Below, in pieces: positions 1 through 8,506 of a DNA stretch of 64,000 bases. Origin of the DNA: an uncultured Planctomycetaceae bacterium (GTDB taxonomy: Bacteria > Planctomycetota > Planctomycetia > Pirellulales > PALSA-1355); contig OY970273.1 of assembly GCA_963715755.1 (NCBI GenBank), positions 6,121,797 to 6,185,796 on the forward strand, in the 5' to 3' direction. Below the pieces are notes generated by a model. The model was given only the letters and a program-made list of their open reading frames with translations. It ran no database searches and had not been told where the DNA came from. Made by a program: the position numbers and the translations under genes. Position 1 is the first letter of the stretch, and each line of letters starts with the position of its first letter.

Positions 1-874
1 ATTTGCCCCGCACGCCCAGCGTGACGTTCAGGGTCAGCGTCTTGAGCTTGGCCACGAGCGGAGCGAATTCCTCCGGCTGATCTTCGAGTCGCTGCCAAGA
101 GATTTCCTGCCAGGGAACGAGGCCGCCGTCGAGCGCGAGCGTGAGGTAATCGGTATCGTCGATCTGGACGTGCTTGAGCCGCTCCGGCAATTGGGGATTC
201 TGCACCAGCAGCCGGGCAATCGTTTCCAACCGCTTGAGCTGGGCCTGGGCCGGTTCGGTATCGGAAAGCTGAAATCCGACGACGACGTTCGGTATCGCCA
301 GGTCGTCGACGTGCGCGGCCAGCTCGGTCAGAAAAGCCCGGGCTACTTCGCGACTGCGCTCGGCTTGCCGCTCGACCCGGGTTTCGCGGTCGGCCGCCGC
401 GGCCGGGTTTGTCGCCTCCCGGATGACTTCGACCAGGTTCGAGGCCTGCACGCTGCCGTAGGCTTCGAGAAACACGGTGGCGAACTGGGCCAGACTGGCG
501 TCGCCGTAGACGAACACTTCGCTGGACACCATGTCGCCCAGCAATTGCAAAAGCTGCTTGTTGTCGGGCACCTCGAAGAACCGCCGCACGGTCGCCAGCG
601 GCCCGTTGGGGTCGTTCAGCTGCGGCTGGGCCACCTGCCAACCCATCTGCACGGCCGGAATCTCCGTGAAGCGCCGCCAGGCCTTGCTGCGGCGGGCAAT
701 GTCGAGCTGCTCTCGCAGGCGCAGCGACGACACGTACAGCGACGCATCGGCCGGGACCAAAGCCAGCGAGCCCGACGGTTTCGCCGGCGTGTCGGCAGCC
801 CGAGCCTGCCCGCAGATCAAGACAACGAGCATCATCAGCGCCGAGCGGCTGCGGACCGAATGCCACGGGGACAT
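1..874 (-). CDS. secreted hypothetical protein; 3' end runs off the left edge of the window
   Basis: Absent from the ORF track because it has no in-window stop. My own translation of the minus strand from the ATG at 874-872 gives MSPWHSVRSRSALMMLVVLICGQARAADTPAKPSGS..., a Sec-type signal peptide. The frame stays open to base 1 (291 codons) with ordinary amino-acid composition. The overlapping + strand ORF 170..889 is Arg/Gly/Pro-rich junk. Confidence 0.55.
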   Translation of the reverse strand, partial: MSPWHSVRSRSALMMLVVLICGQARAADTPAKPSGSLALVPADASLYVSSLRLREQLDIARRSKAWRRFTEIPAVQMGWQVAQPQLNDPNGPLATVRRFFEVPDNKQLLQLLGDMVSSEVFVYGDASLAQFATVFLEAYGSVQASNLVEVIREATNPAAAADRETRVERQAERSREVARAFLTELAAHVDDLAIPNVVVGFQLSDTEPAQAQLKRLETIARLLVQNPQLPERLKHVQIDDTDYLTLALDGGLVPWQEISWQRLEDQPEEFAPLVAKLKTLTLNVTLGVRGK

Positions 875-1172
875 CGAAGTGCCTCTTGAATGGAGGATGG
901 GCGGCGGGCCACGCCGGCCGCACGAAAGATGAGGGGGCCACTGGCCGCCATTCTAAGAAAACCGCCGCGCGGTCAACAACCTGCGGCGGAAAAAGCGGCC
1001 AGGCCGCCACAACATCGGGCGGCTCCAAGCCGGCGAGGATCCCGCCGGGCGTGGAAACGTGACCCACAGAGGGGGCGCAACTGCCCGGCAGGAACGCAAG
1101 AATCCCCCGTTCCGGTATGGGGCAACCCGGCCCCGGGGCAGGGGCGGCGAGTCGGGCCGGCGCCGCTCGGGC

Positions 1173-1800
1173 TCAGCCGAGCCCTTTTTTCGGGGCCAGG
1201 CTGGTTTTCCGCAGATATACCGGCCGGCCCGGCACCTTGCTTTGGGCCACCTGGGCGGCCGTGTCGACGCGGCGGTTCGAGCCGGTTGGGACCGAGCCCG
1301 ACCGCTGGAGAGCTTCGAGTTCGCGGCGGCGGATGATTTGGACGCCGCCGCCCGCCTGCTGGCGTCCGGGACTCCAGGCCAGGAGTTTCTCGAGCCAGGG
1401 GGCGCTGACTGGCTGCAGCCGGTCGCCGGGCCAGCACCAGGCCGCGCTGGCTGCGCAGCGGCCAGAGCTGCCGCAGGTCGTCCGGGTCGATGCCGCGATT
1501 CTCGTCGCCCACGATCAGGATTTCGCCGTCGGTCGCATCGAGGCCCGTTTGCACGACTTCGGCCAGGCCCAAGCGGAGCGGGTGCCGCACCGTGCGAACC
1601 TGCGGATAGAGCAGCGACATTTGCCGCGCCACGTCGGTCGTGTCGTCGGTCGAGCCGTCGTCGACGATCAGCAGTTCGAAGCGGTCGGCGAGCTCGGCCA
1701 GCAATTCGAGCAGCGCCGCGACGTCGTTTTCCAGGCGGAGTTGAGCATTGAAGACCGGCAGCAGTACGCTCACGGAAGGTTTCAAGCGGGATCCTCGCAC
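1173..1800 (-). CDS. family 2 glycosyltransferase; apparent 1-nt frame disruption near 1428-1431
   Basis: The N-terminus of ORF 973..1800 reads VSVLLPVFNAQ...LLIVDDGSTDDT...ILIVGDENRGIDPDD, a GT2 Rossmann/DxD-type signature. After ...RGLVLA the frame becomes Arg/Pro junk. The +1 frame continues as GDRLQPVSAPWLEKLLAWSPGRQQAGGGVQIIRRRELEAL... and stops at 1175-1173, giving a typical ~209-aa GT2 protein. Confidence 0.6.
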
Positions 1801-2097
1801 GCGACAGAGCGCAGACAGAGCGGGAGAGCGAGAGGGTCAATCACCGGGCGAAAAATCGTTTCCCCGCGCTGGGCTGGAGCCGGCCCTGGGCAGGCGGGAT
1901 CGGTCTTGCCTGGGACCTATTGATCGGACAAAGCCTGCCGCTCACTGGAGCGCGACCCAACCGAATACCACCTTTGCCCTTGGTAACGCCGACGACGATC
2001 GTGCGGCTGGCCCGGCGGCCCACCACTTTGGCTCGCCATGCCCGTGGCCATTCCTTGCACCGGGCCAACCGCGCTTGGAGCCCGGCATCGAAAGCCA

Positions 2098-2376
2098 GGG
2101 GGTGCCACGGCTGGGCTTGCGCGGCCGTAACGCAAGGCAACAAAACGCTGGGTGCCACGGCTGGTTCGTCCAACTGTAACGCAAGCCAACAAAACGCTGG
2201 GTGCCACGGCTGGCTTGCCCAGCCGTGTCACGCGCGACCGAACCCCGGGGTGCCACGGCTGGCTCGTCCAACTGTAACGCAAGCCAACGAAACGCTGGGT
2301 GCCACGGCTGGCTTGCCCAGCCGTGTCACGCGCGACCGAACCCCTGGGTGCCACGGCTGGCTTGCCCAGCCGTGCT
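2098..2376. repeat. tandem array of REP-like palindromic elements; six units at 49-bp period, with a 98-bp super-repeat
   Basis: GTGCCACGGCTGG starts at 2102, 2152, 2201, 2250, 2299 and 2348. Type-A units carry the hairpin CACGGCTGG-cttgc-CCAGCCGTG. Type-B units read ...tcgtccaactgtaacgcaagccaac.aaacgctgg. Segments 2152-2249 and 2250-2347 differ at only 3 positions. Confidence 0.9.
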
Positions 2377-2592
2377 AAGTGGACCATCAACATCGCGTCC
2401 GGCGAACCGCGCATCGGCCGGCATCCGCCCGAGCGTCCCCTCCCGGCTACTGGCCACGCCGCGCCAGCCGGATTATGCTGATAATCTTTACCATTTGCCC
2501 AAGATCTTCCGCTCCATTTGGCCGCCTTGTCCGCCGCGCTGCCTCAAGCTGCCGGATGAGCGCCTGGCCTCGCCTCAGAAGGAATCCCGCCG

Positions 2593-2985
2593 TTGTCCGC
2601 CGACCGTGCCGAAACCCCCGACTTTTCGAAATCCGACGGCCTCCTGCCGGCCATTGCCCAGGATGCCCAAACCGGCGAAGTCCTGATGCTGGCCTACATG
2701 AATCGGGAAAGCTACGACGAAACGCTGCGCACCGGCCGAGCCGTCTATTTCAGCCGCAGTCGTGGCAAGCTGTGGCGCAAGGGCGAAGAAAGCGGACACG
2801 TGCAGCAGGTCCGATCCGTGTTTGTCGATTGCGATGCCGATACCATCCTGCTCAAAGTCGAGCAGATCGGCGGCGCGGCCTGCCACACCGGCCATCGCAG
2901 TTGTTTCTTTCGCCAGGTCACGCCGGCCGGGCTGCAAGTCGTCGGCCAGCCGGTTTTCGACCCGGCCACCGTCTACAAAAAGTAA
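2593..2985 (+). CDS. hisI: phosphoribosyl-AMP cyclohydrolase
   Basis: 130-aa ORF. It reads ...[55 protein letters not shown]...[28 protein letters not shown], the classic HisI motifs including the C-x-TG-x-x-SCF metal site. Confidence 0.93.
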   Translation: MSADRAETPDFSKSDGLLPAIAQDAQTGEVLMLAYMNRESYDETLRTGRAVYFSRSRGKLWRKGEESGHVQQVRSVFVDCDADTILLKVEQIGGAACHTGHRSCFFRQVTPAGLQVVGQPVFDPATVYKK

Positions 2986-3078
2986 TCCAACCCCGCTAAG
3001 CCCGCGCACGGCGGCCCGTGGCGAGCCTTGCCGCGGCTCGCTTCGCCGCCCTTCAGCCCCCTCAACGCCGCACCCGCC

Positions 3079-3954
3079 ATGTCACACCTGCTCAAACTCG
3101 GTATTCCGGCCGGCAGCCTGCAAGAGGCCACGGGCGAATTGTTTCGCCGCGCGGGCTACAAGATCACCTTCAACTCGCGGAGTTACTTTCCCTCGATCGA
3201 CGATGAGGAGATCGAGTGCCTGCTGATCCGGGCCCAGGAGATGGCCCGCTACGTGCAGGACGGAGCCCTGGATGCGGGTTTGACCGGCCATGACTGGATT
3301 GTCGAAAACGGCGCCGACGTGGTCGAAGTGGCCGAACTGGTGTTTTCCAAGGTCAGCCGCCGGCCGGTGCGCTGGGTGCTTTGCGTGCCCGAGACGTCCA
3401 CGATCCGCACCGTGCAGGATTTGCAGGGCAAGCGGATCGCCACCGAGGCCGTGGGCCTGACCCAGCGCTATCTGGCCCGGCACGGCGTGCAGGCGAAGGT
3501 CGAATTCAGCTGGGGCGCCACCGAGGTCAAGCCGCCCAAGCTGGCCGACGCCATCGTCGAAGTCACTGAGACCGGCAGCTCGCTGCGGGCGAACCAGTTG
3601 CGGATTCTGGACGAGGTGCTCACCAGCACTCCGCGCTTCATCGCCAATCGCCAGGCGCTGGCCGATCCCTGGAAGAAACAAAAGATCGACGACATGGTGC
3701 TGATGCTCCGCGGCGCCATGGCGGCCGAAGGCAAAGTGGGCCTGATGATGAACGTGCCCCGCGACCGGCTGGCGCAGGTGCTCTCGCTGCTGCCGGCCCT
3801 GCAAAAACCGACGATCTCGAGCCTGGCCGACGACGCTTGGGTCGACGTCAACACCGTGCTGGACGAGGCGGTGGTGCGGCATATCGTGCCCCGTTTGAAG
3901 TCGGCCGGCGCACGCGGTATCGTCGAGTACCCACTGAACAAAGTCATTGATTGA
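3079..3954 (+). CDS. hisG: ATP phosphoribosyltransferase, long form with C-terminal regulatory domain
   Basis: Taken from ORF 3028..3954. I place the start at the internal ATG 3079 ([16 protein letters not shown]...), which matches HisG N-termini. The C-terminal part, ...[14 protein letters not shown]...[10 protein letters not shown], is HisG_C-like. Confidence 0.9.
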   Translation: MSHLLKLGIPAGSLQEATGELFRRAGYKITFNSRSYFPSIDDEEIECLLIRAQEMARYVQDGALDAGLTGHDWIVENGADVVEVAELVFSKVSRRPVRWVLCVPETSTIRTVQDLQGKRIATEAVGLTQRYLARHGVQAKVEFSWGATEVKPPKLADAIVEVTETGSSLRANQLRILDEVLTSTPRFIANRQALADPWKKQKIDDMVLMLRGAMAAEGKVGLMMNVPRDRLAQVLSLLPALQKPTISSLADDAWVDVNTVLDEAVVRHIVPRLKSAGARGIVEYPLNKVID

Positions 3955-4047
3955 GGCACGGCGGCCGAGCGCGCCTCAGGTCGCCCGGCGTGGCGGGCAC
4001 CGACCCGCCGCGGGCCAGTGGAACTCGTTTCGAGGAGGAAACCAACG

Positions 4048-4512
4048 ATGGGCGCCGATGCACGCCTGGCGGAACTGAAGCTGGAATTGCCCCCCGCGCC
4101 CAAGGCGATGGGGGTTTATAAGCCCGTCGTGGTGCTGGGTAGCGCCGCCTACGTGTCGGGGCACGGCCCGCTGAAGGCCGACAAGTCGCTGATCGTGGGC
4201 CGGGTGGGCGAAGACACCGACCTGGCCGGCGGCTATCAGGCGGCGCGGCAGACCGGTCTGGCGATTCTGGCCACGCTGCGCAGCCACTTCGGCACGCTCG
4301 ATCGCGTGCGCCGGGTCGTCAAGACGCTGGGCATGGTCAATTGCACGGCCGACTTCAAGGATCATCCCGCCGTGATCAACGGTTGCAGCGAACTGTTTCG
4401 CGACATCTGGGGCGAGGAGCACGGCATCGGCGCCCGCAGCGCCGTGGGCATGGGCTCATTGCCCGGCAACATCACGACCGAGATCGAAGTCATCTTCGAG
4501 ATCGACGGCTAG
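4048..4512 (+). CDS. RidA/YjgF/L-PSP family protein
   Basis: Taken from ORF 4018..4512. The ATG at 4048 is preceded by GAGGAGGA at 4032-4039. The sequence ...AYVSGHGPL...GRVGEDTDLAGGYQAARQTGLAILATL...VVKTLGMVNC...GIGARSAVGMGSLPGNITTEIEVIFEI is typical of the RidA-like (YoaB-type) fold. Confidence 0.8.
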   Translation: MGADARLAELKLELPPAPKAMGVYKPVVVLGSAAYVSGHGPLKADKSLIVGRVGEDTDLAGGYQAARQTGLAILATLRSHFGTLDRVRRVVKTLGMVNCTADFKDHPAVINGCSELFRDIWGEEHGIGARSAVGMGSLPGNITTEIEVIFEIDG

Positions 4513-4676
4513 GCGGCCGCGACGGGTCCTGCGGGCTTCAGCCCTTTTGCCGCCGCCTAGGTCGCGCAGTGCCACTGCTGGCAAGTGCGCCCTGCTGGCA
4601 AGTGCGCCCCTGCCGGCCTGCCGGGCATTGCTCCCATGTTAGCCGAGTGTCGGCCCTGGCCCGGGTCGTCGCCGGG

Positions 4677-5945
4677 TCACGCCGTGACGTTGATCCGGAT
4701 TTGCTCGATCGCCGCGTGACCCGATTTCTGGAACGGCCGAGGCAGGGGTTGCGCCTGACCTTTTTCATCGATCGTGCGGCAACGCAGCGTGTATTCCCCC
4801 GCCGGCACGCCGGGCAGCAGCACGGCCCAATGCACCTTGGCCAGCCGCAGCGGCCATGATTTCGGCTGTCCGGAGTCGTCGTCGAATCCCAGCGTGGAGC
4901 GCGGAATGACGCCCTCGGGAATGCCGCCGCCCCAGGCCCCCGGCGGCGGCAATACCTCTGCGTCGATCCACGGAGCCTGGCTGAAGAACTTGTCGTCGGC
5001 GGGGAAATCCGCGTCACTCTTGTGCATCCAAACCTGGACTTTCGTCAGCCCCGAGATGCCAATCTGCGCATGGCCCGTGATCGGGATCGACTGGCCGGCC
5101 TTCGCTTCGCGGGGTGCGCCCAGGGTTGCCGCAAACGTCTTGAGCGGACTGTCGATGTCGTTGTTGCCATCGGCATACGTGTCGTTGGCGTGAAACAGGT
5201 TCGACAGCACGACGGTCGTGAGCCATTTGATCGACTTGAATCCGTAGGCTTCGGGCACCACCACCCGCACCGGCCCGCCCCGCTCGGGCGACAGCCATTG
5301 GCCGTTCAGCTTGTAGCACAAGATCACGGGCGGCAGATCGAACGGGTCTTCCAGCACGCGGCTGGCCGGCAGCGAACTGCGGAAGAGCTGCTGCGAATCG
5401 TCGTTGTGGTAGCCGTAATAAAACACGCGCCGCAGGTTCTCCACCGGCTGCGTTTTCCACAGAACCTCGCGGAGCGGAACGCCTTCCCAGATTCCGTTGC
5501 CCAACGGGCAGCCGATGTTCAGGCAGGTCATGACCTTGGCGAATCGGACGGCATGCGTCTGGGCCAGCTGCATCAGGCCGGCGAAGTCGAGGGCCGTTTT
5601 GTCGGCCTTGGCTAGCGGCTTGCGGATTCTTGTCGGATGCTCGGAGTCGCTGACGACCTCGAGCTGCCAGGTCTCGCGCGTCAGTCCAACCTGCCGGCGC
5701 GTCTCCTCCGGCAGCGAATGCGGAAGCGGTTGGCCCCGGGACACGTCGCGAAACTCTTCCGGCCTGGTCAGCCACGTTTCGAGCTTGTCGATGCTCTCCT
5801 GCAAGCGGGGATCGCGCGCCGCCGGGCCGGCGGCGACGGCGACGGCCGAGTTCGACAGCGCGGCCGTTCCGGCGGCCCCCAGGCTCAAAAAGAATCGCCG
5901 TGTCAGGCGGCGATGCGCGGCAAGAAACTCAGGCAGAGTGGGCAT
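4677..5945 (-). CDS. Tat-exported molybdopterin-dependent oxidoreductase, sulfite-oxidase/YedY-like family
   Basis: Taken from ORF 4677..5978. The likely start is ATG 5945 (MPTLPEFLAAHRRLTRRFFLSLGAAGTAAL), which carries a twin-arginine signal. The body resembles the Oxidored_molyb domain (...MTCLNIGCPLGNGIWEGVPLREVL...GGPVRVVVPEAYGFKSIKWL). Confidence 0.8.
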   Translation of the reverse strand: MPTLPEFLAAHRRLTRRFFLSLGAAGTAALSNSAVAVAAGPAARDPRLQESIDKLETWLTRPEEFRDVSRGQPLPHSLPEETRRQVGLTRETWQLEVVSDSEHPTRIRKPLAKADKTALDFAGLMQLAQTHAVRFAKVMTCLNIGCPLGNGIWEGVPLREVLWKTQPVENLRRVFYYGYHNDDSQQLFRSSLPASRVLEDPFDLPPVILCYKLNGQWLSPERGGPVRVVVPEAYGFKSIKWLTTVVLSNLFHANDTYADGNNDIDSPLKTFAATLGAPREAKAGQSIPITGHAQIGISGLTKVQVWMHKSDADFPADDKFFSQAPWIDAEVLPPPGAWGGGIPEGVIPRSTLGFDDDSGQPKSWPLRLAKVHWAVLLPGVPAGEYTLRCRTIDEKGQAQPLPRPFQKSGHAAIEQIRINVTA

Positions 5946-6077
5946 CGCGACACCCTCGGAGCGGCCGGACCTTCGCATCCCGGGTGAAGTCTATCAGCTG
6001 CGCTCGGCCGGATGCCAGCGGATTGTGGCCCTTAGCGGCTGCCCGGTTTCCGGCAACGCTGCGACCGAATTTGCCAG

Positions 6078-6234
6078 GGCTGCCACGGGGGTGCCACGGC
6101 TGGCTTGTCCAGCCGTGCTTTCGACCGGACTGGTTGGACGAATGGGACATTCCGGTCGCCTGGCACGGCTGGACGAGCCGAGTGAGACGCCCGTTGCCGA
6201 CTCGCACGGCTGGACTAGCCAGCCGTGGCACCCC
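6078..6234. repeat. dispersed copies of the same REP-like palindromic element, including one in inverted orientation
   Basis: GTGCCACGGCTGGcttgtCCAGCCGTG lies at 6091-6117. A partial copy, tggCACGGCTGGacgagcc, starts at 6161. An inverted copy, CACGGCTGGactagCCAGCCGTGGCACCCC, lies at 6205-6234. The whole locus is intergenic, between the Moco oxidoreductase start and the phosphatase stop. Confidence 0.85.
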
Positions 6235-6245
6235 GTTCGCCGCCG

Positions 6246-6866
6246 CTACAAGTCGCCGCCGCCACCCATGGCCCCGCGCAGGTGCTCGGTGTGGTTGAGC
6301 GTGACGAGCTTGACTTCCTTGTCCCAGGCGAGCTTGCTGATCGAGCCGTTATTCAGCTGGAACGGATTGCGCTCGGCGGCGACGCCGATCAGCACTTTGA
6401 AGGCGGCCGACAGCAAGCCGCCGTGCGCGATCACCGCCGCCTGGCGATGCCCGGCCTCGCGAATGTCGGCAAACGCCGCCGCGGCGCGGTGCATCACGTC
6501 GCGCCGCGATTCGCCGCCGGGGATGCGAAAATCGGGATCCTGCGTGCGCCAGCGCTCGGCTTCGGCCGGATACCGGACCTCGATGTCGTTCCAGGCCAGC
6601 TCTTGGAAGACGCCGGCATTGATCTCCATGAAACGCGGATCGACCCGGACTTCCAAGCCCAGGGCCTGGGCCAGCTGCTGGGCGCCCTCGAGCGCCCGCT
6701 TGAGCGGGCTGGAGTAGACGGCCTCGATCGGTTCGGCGGCCAGCGTCTGGGCGACGAGCTGGCACTGCCGTCGGCCCAGGTCCGACAGTTCGCTGTTGGT
6801 CTGGCCTTGGATCCGGCCGGCGGCATTGAAAACCGTTTCGCCGTGTCGGACGCAGTACAGGATCAT
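6246..6866 (-). CDS. histidine phosphatase family protein, phosphoglycerate-mutase-like
   Basis: Taken from ORF 6246..6953. I place the start at ATG 6866 (MILYCVRHGETVFNAAGRIQGQ), which contains the RHG catalytic motif. The later ...VIAHGG supplies the second His motif. Confidence 0.85.
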   Translation of the reverse strand: MILYCVRHGETVFNAAGRIQGQTNSELSDLGRRQCQLVAQTLAAEPIEAVYSSPLKRALEGAQQLAQALGLEVRVDPRFMEINAGVFQELAWNDIEVRYPAEAERWRTQDPDFRIPGGESRRDVMHRAAAAFADIREAGHRQAAVIAHGGLLSAAFKVLIGVAAERNPFQLNNGSISKLAWDKEVKLVTLNHTEHLRGAMGGGGDL

Positions 6867-7093
6867 CGCGGCTCGCGCTTTGCGGTTGCGGGGGCAGCTG
6901 GCCGGGCTGGCTGCGGTCGGGCACGCGCAGCGCGCGGCCGGATCATGATACACGATCGCGCCGACGGCGAGCAGGTCGCCGGCCGGGTTGCGATTGGCCG
7001 GCGCGGCCCGGGCGGCATTTCAGCGGCGCCCGAGCGCTGGCGCCCCCAGCTTCTGCGATCGATCGGCGGGCAAAAGCGGGAGAAAATTCGCCG

Positions 7094-8503
7094 TCAAACC
7101 TGGACACGGCCCGTGTACTGGCAGCCGATGAGAAATTTCCCGCCGTCTTCGGTTCGCCGGCAGTGCACGACGTGCGCCTTGAGATAGGTGTACGTGTTGC
7201 GGGTGCCAAAGGCCACGACCAGCGCGTCGGTCGGTGGCGGCTGGGGAGCGAAGAACGAAAACCCGCTGGCTGAGATGTCGTGGCAGAGCACTTCCGAAAA
7301 GGCCGAGCGGACGGGCAGCCGGTCGTCCTTCATCGGCGCGATCAGTTGAATATACGGATACGCGCGGCGCGGTTTCTGGCGGCGGTCGCTGCCGGGCGTC
7401 TCGCGCAGCTGCTGGAAAGGCCGGAGTCCGCCGCGGGCCTCGTCGCCGGCGGTCGAGAGCTGCGTGCGGACCTCTTCCAGCTGGCTCGAAAGTTCCTCGG
7501 TCTGCTGCTGGGCATGCGTGGCCGCGTCCCGGGCTTCGGCCAGCAGAGCCTCGGCCGCACACTTATCCGTCACGTCGACGCCGGTGGCGACAATCGCGCT
7601 GAGGCATCCTTTGGCGTCGCGCTGGACCGAAAAGCTCCAGGAGATATTCCGCCGCAGGCTCTGCTTGGTGAGGATCGAACTGTCGAAGGCCACCGGCGAC
7701 TGCCCGTTGTGAAGTCTTTCCAGGGCGCCTTTGATCAGATCCACTTCCTCGGGCACGATCAGCACGTTGAACAGTGGGCGATCGAAGACTTCGTCGCTCT
7801 CGAAGCCGGTGATCTTTTCCGCCGCTCGATTCAGCTTGAGCAGCCGGCCGGCCGGGCTGAGCACCAGCACCAGGGCCTCGACCGTCTCCAGCACCGTCGC
7901 GGCAAACGTGCGCTCGGCCGCCAGGCGGCGCTCGGCATGCTCGCGGGCGATGGTCGTGGTGATCAGGTGCGAGATCGTCTCCACGAACAGCACGTCCGAG
8001 GGCGTGAACCGCCCGGGCGTCGACAGATACACGCCCAGCGCACCGAAGGCCTGATCGTCGAGCCGCAGCGGGCAAACGATCGCGCTGCGGACGCCCTGGC
8101 GCGAGAGCCGCGCATCGACGGCCCGGCCGTCGACGGCCAGGTCGGCGATCAGCACCGGGTGGCCGCTCCCCAGCGCGTAGCCCGCGAGCGATTCGGTCTC
8201 GCCGGTGCCCGACTGAAAGACCAGCGGCGCGCCCCCTTTGGCGTTGTTCAGCCGGACGTTGAAAGCGCTGCCGTCGGGCAGCAGCTCGGCCACGCTGCTC
8301 AGCTCGGCGTCGAGCGATTCAGCCACGAGCGAGGCGGCGTCCTGCAGCAGCAGCGTCGTGTCGGAAGTGGCCACCGCCCGGCGGCCCAAGGCCACGAGCG
8401 CCGACTGACGGCTCGACTCGGACCCGCCTGCGCCGGGGGCCGAATCGGCCGGCGGCACGACAGGTGCCCAGGTCGCGTCGATATCAGGCGTGCGCGAGCC
8501 CAT
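7094..8503 (-). CDS. GAF-PAS-PilZ domain protein; predicted c-di-GMP receptor
   Basis: 469-aa ORF. The N-terminal part is GAF-like (...VCPLRLDDQAFGALGVYLSTPGRFTPSDVLFVETI). The central part is PAS-like (...LETVEALVLVLSPAGRLLKLNRAAEKITGF...). The C-terminus is a PilZ domain with both canonical motifs, RRQKPR (RRxxxR) and DISASG (DxSxxG). Confidence 0.8.
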   Translation of the reverse strand: MGSRTPDIDATWAPVVPPADSAPGAGGSESSRQSALVALGRRAVATSDTTLLLQDAASLVAESLDAELSSVAELLPDGSAFNVRLNNAKGGAPLVFQSGTGETESLAGYALGSGHPVLIADLAVDGRAVDARLSRQGVRSAIVCPLRLDDQAFGALGVYLSTPGRFTPSDVLFVETISHLITTTIAREHAERRLAAERTFAATVLETVEALVLVLSPAGRLLKLNRAAEKITGFESDEVFDRPLFNVLIVPEEVDLIKGALERLHNGQSPVAFDSSILTKQSLRRNISWSFSVQRDAKGCLSAIVATGVDVTDKCAAEALLAEARDAATHAQQQTEELSSQLEEVRTQLSTAGDEARGGLRPFQQLRETPGSDRRQKPRRAYPYIQLIAPMKDDRLPVRSAFSEVLCHDISASGFSFFAPQPPPTDALVVAFGTRNTYTYLKAHVVHCRRTEDGGKFLIGCQYTGRVQV

Positions 8504-8506
8504 GCG

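Noticed and set aside
1917-2414. Possible CRISPR array or small repeat-encoded proteins (ORFs 1917..2414, 1942..2271, 2201..2686 and others)
   Set aside because: The repeats are contiguous 49-bp units with no unique spacers; the would-be spacers are themselves repeated. No cas genes are nearby. The ORFs merely translate the repeat (…GCHGWLAQPC…) in several frames and on both strands.
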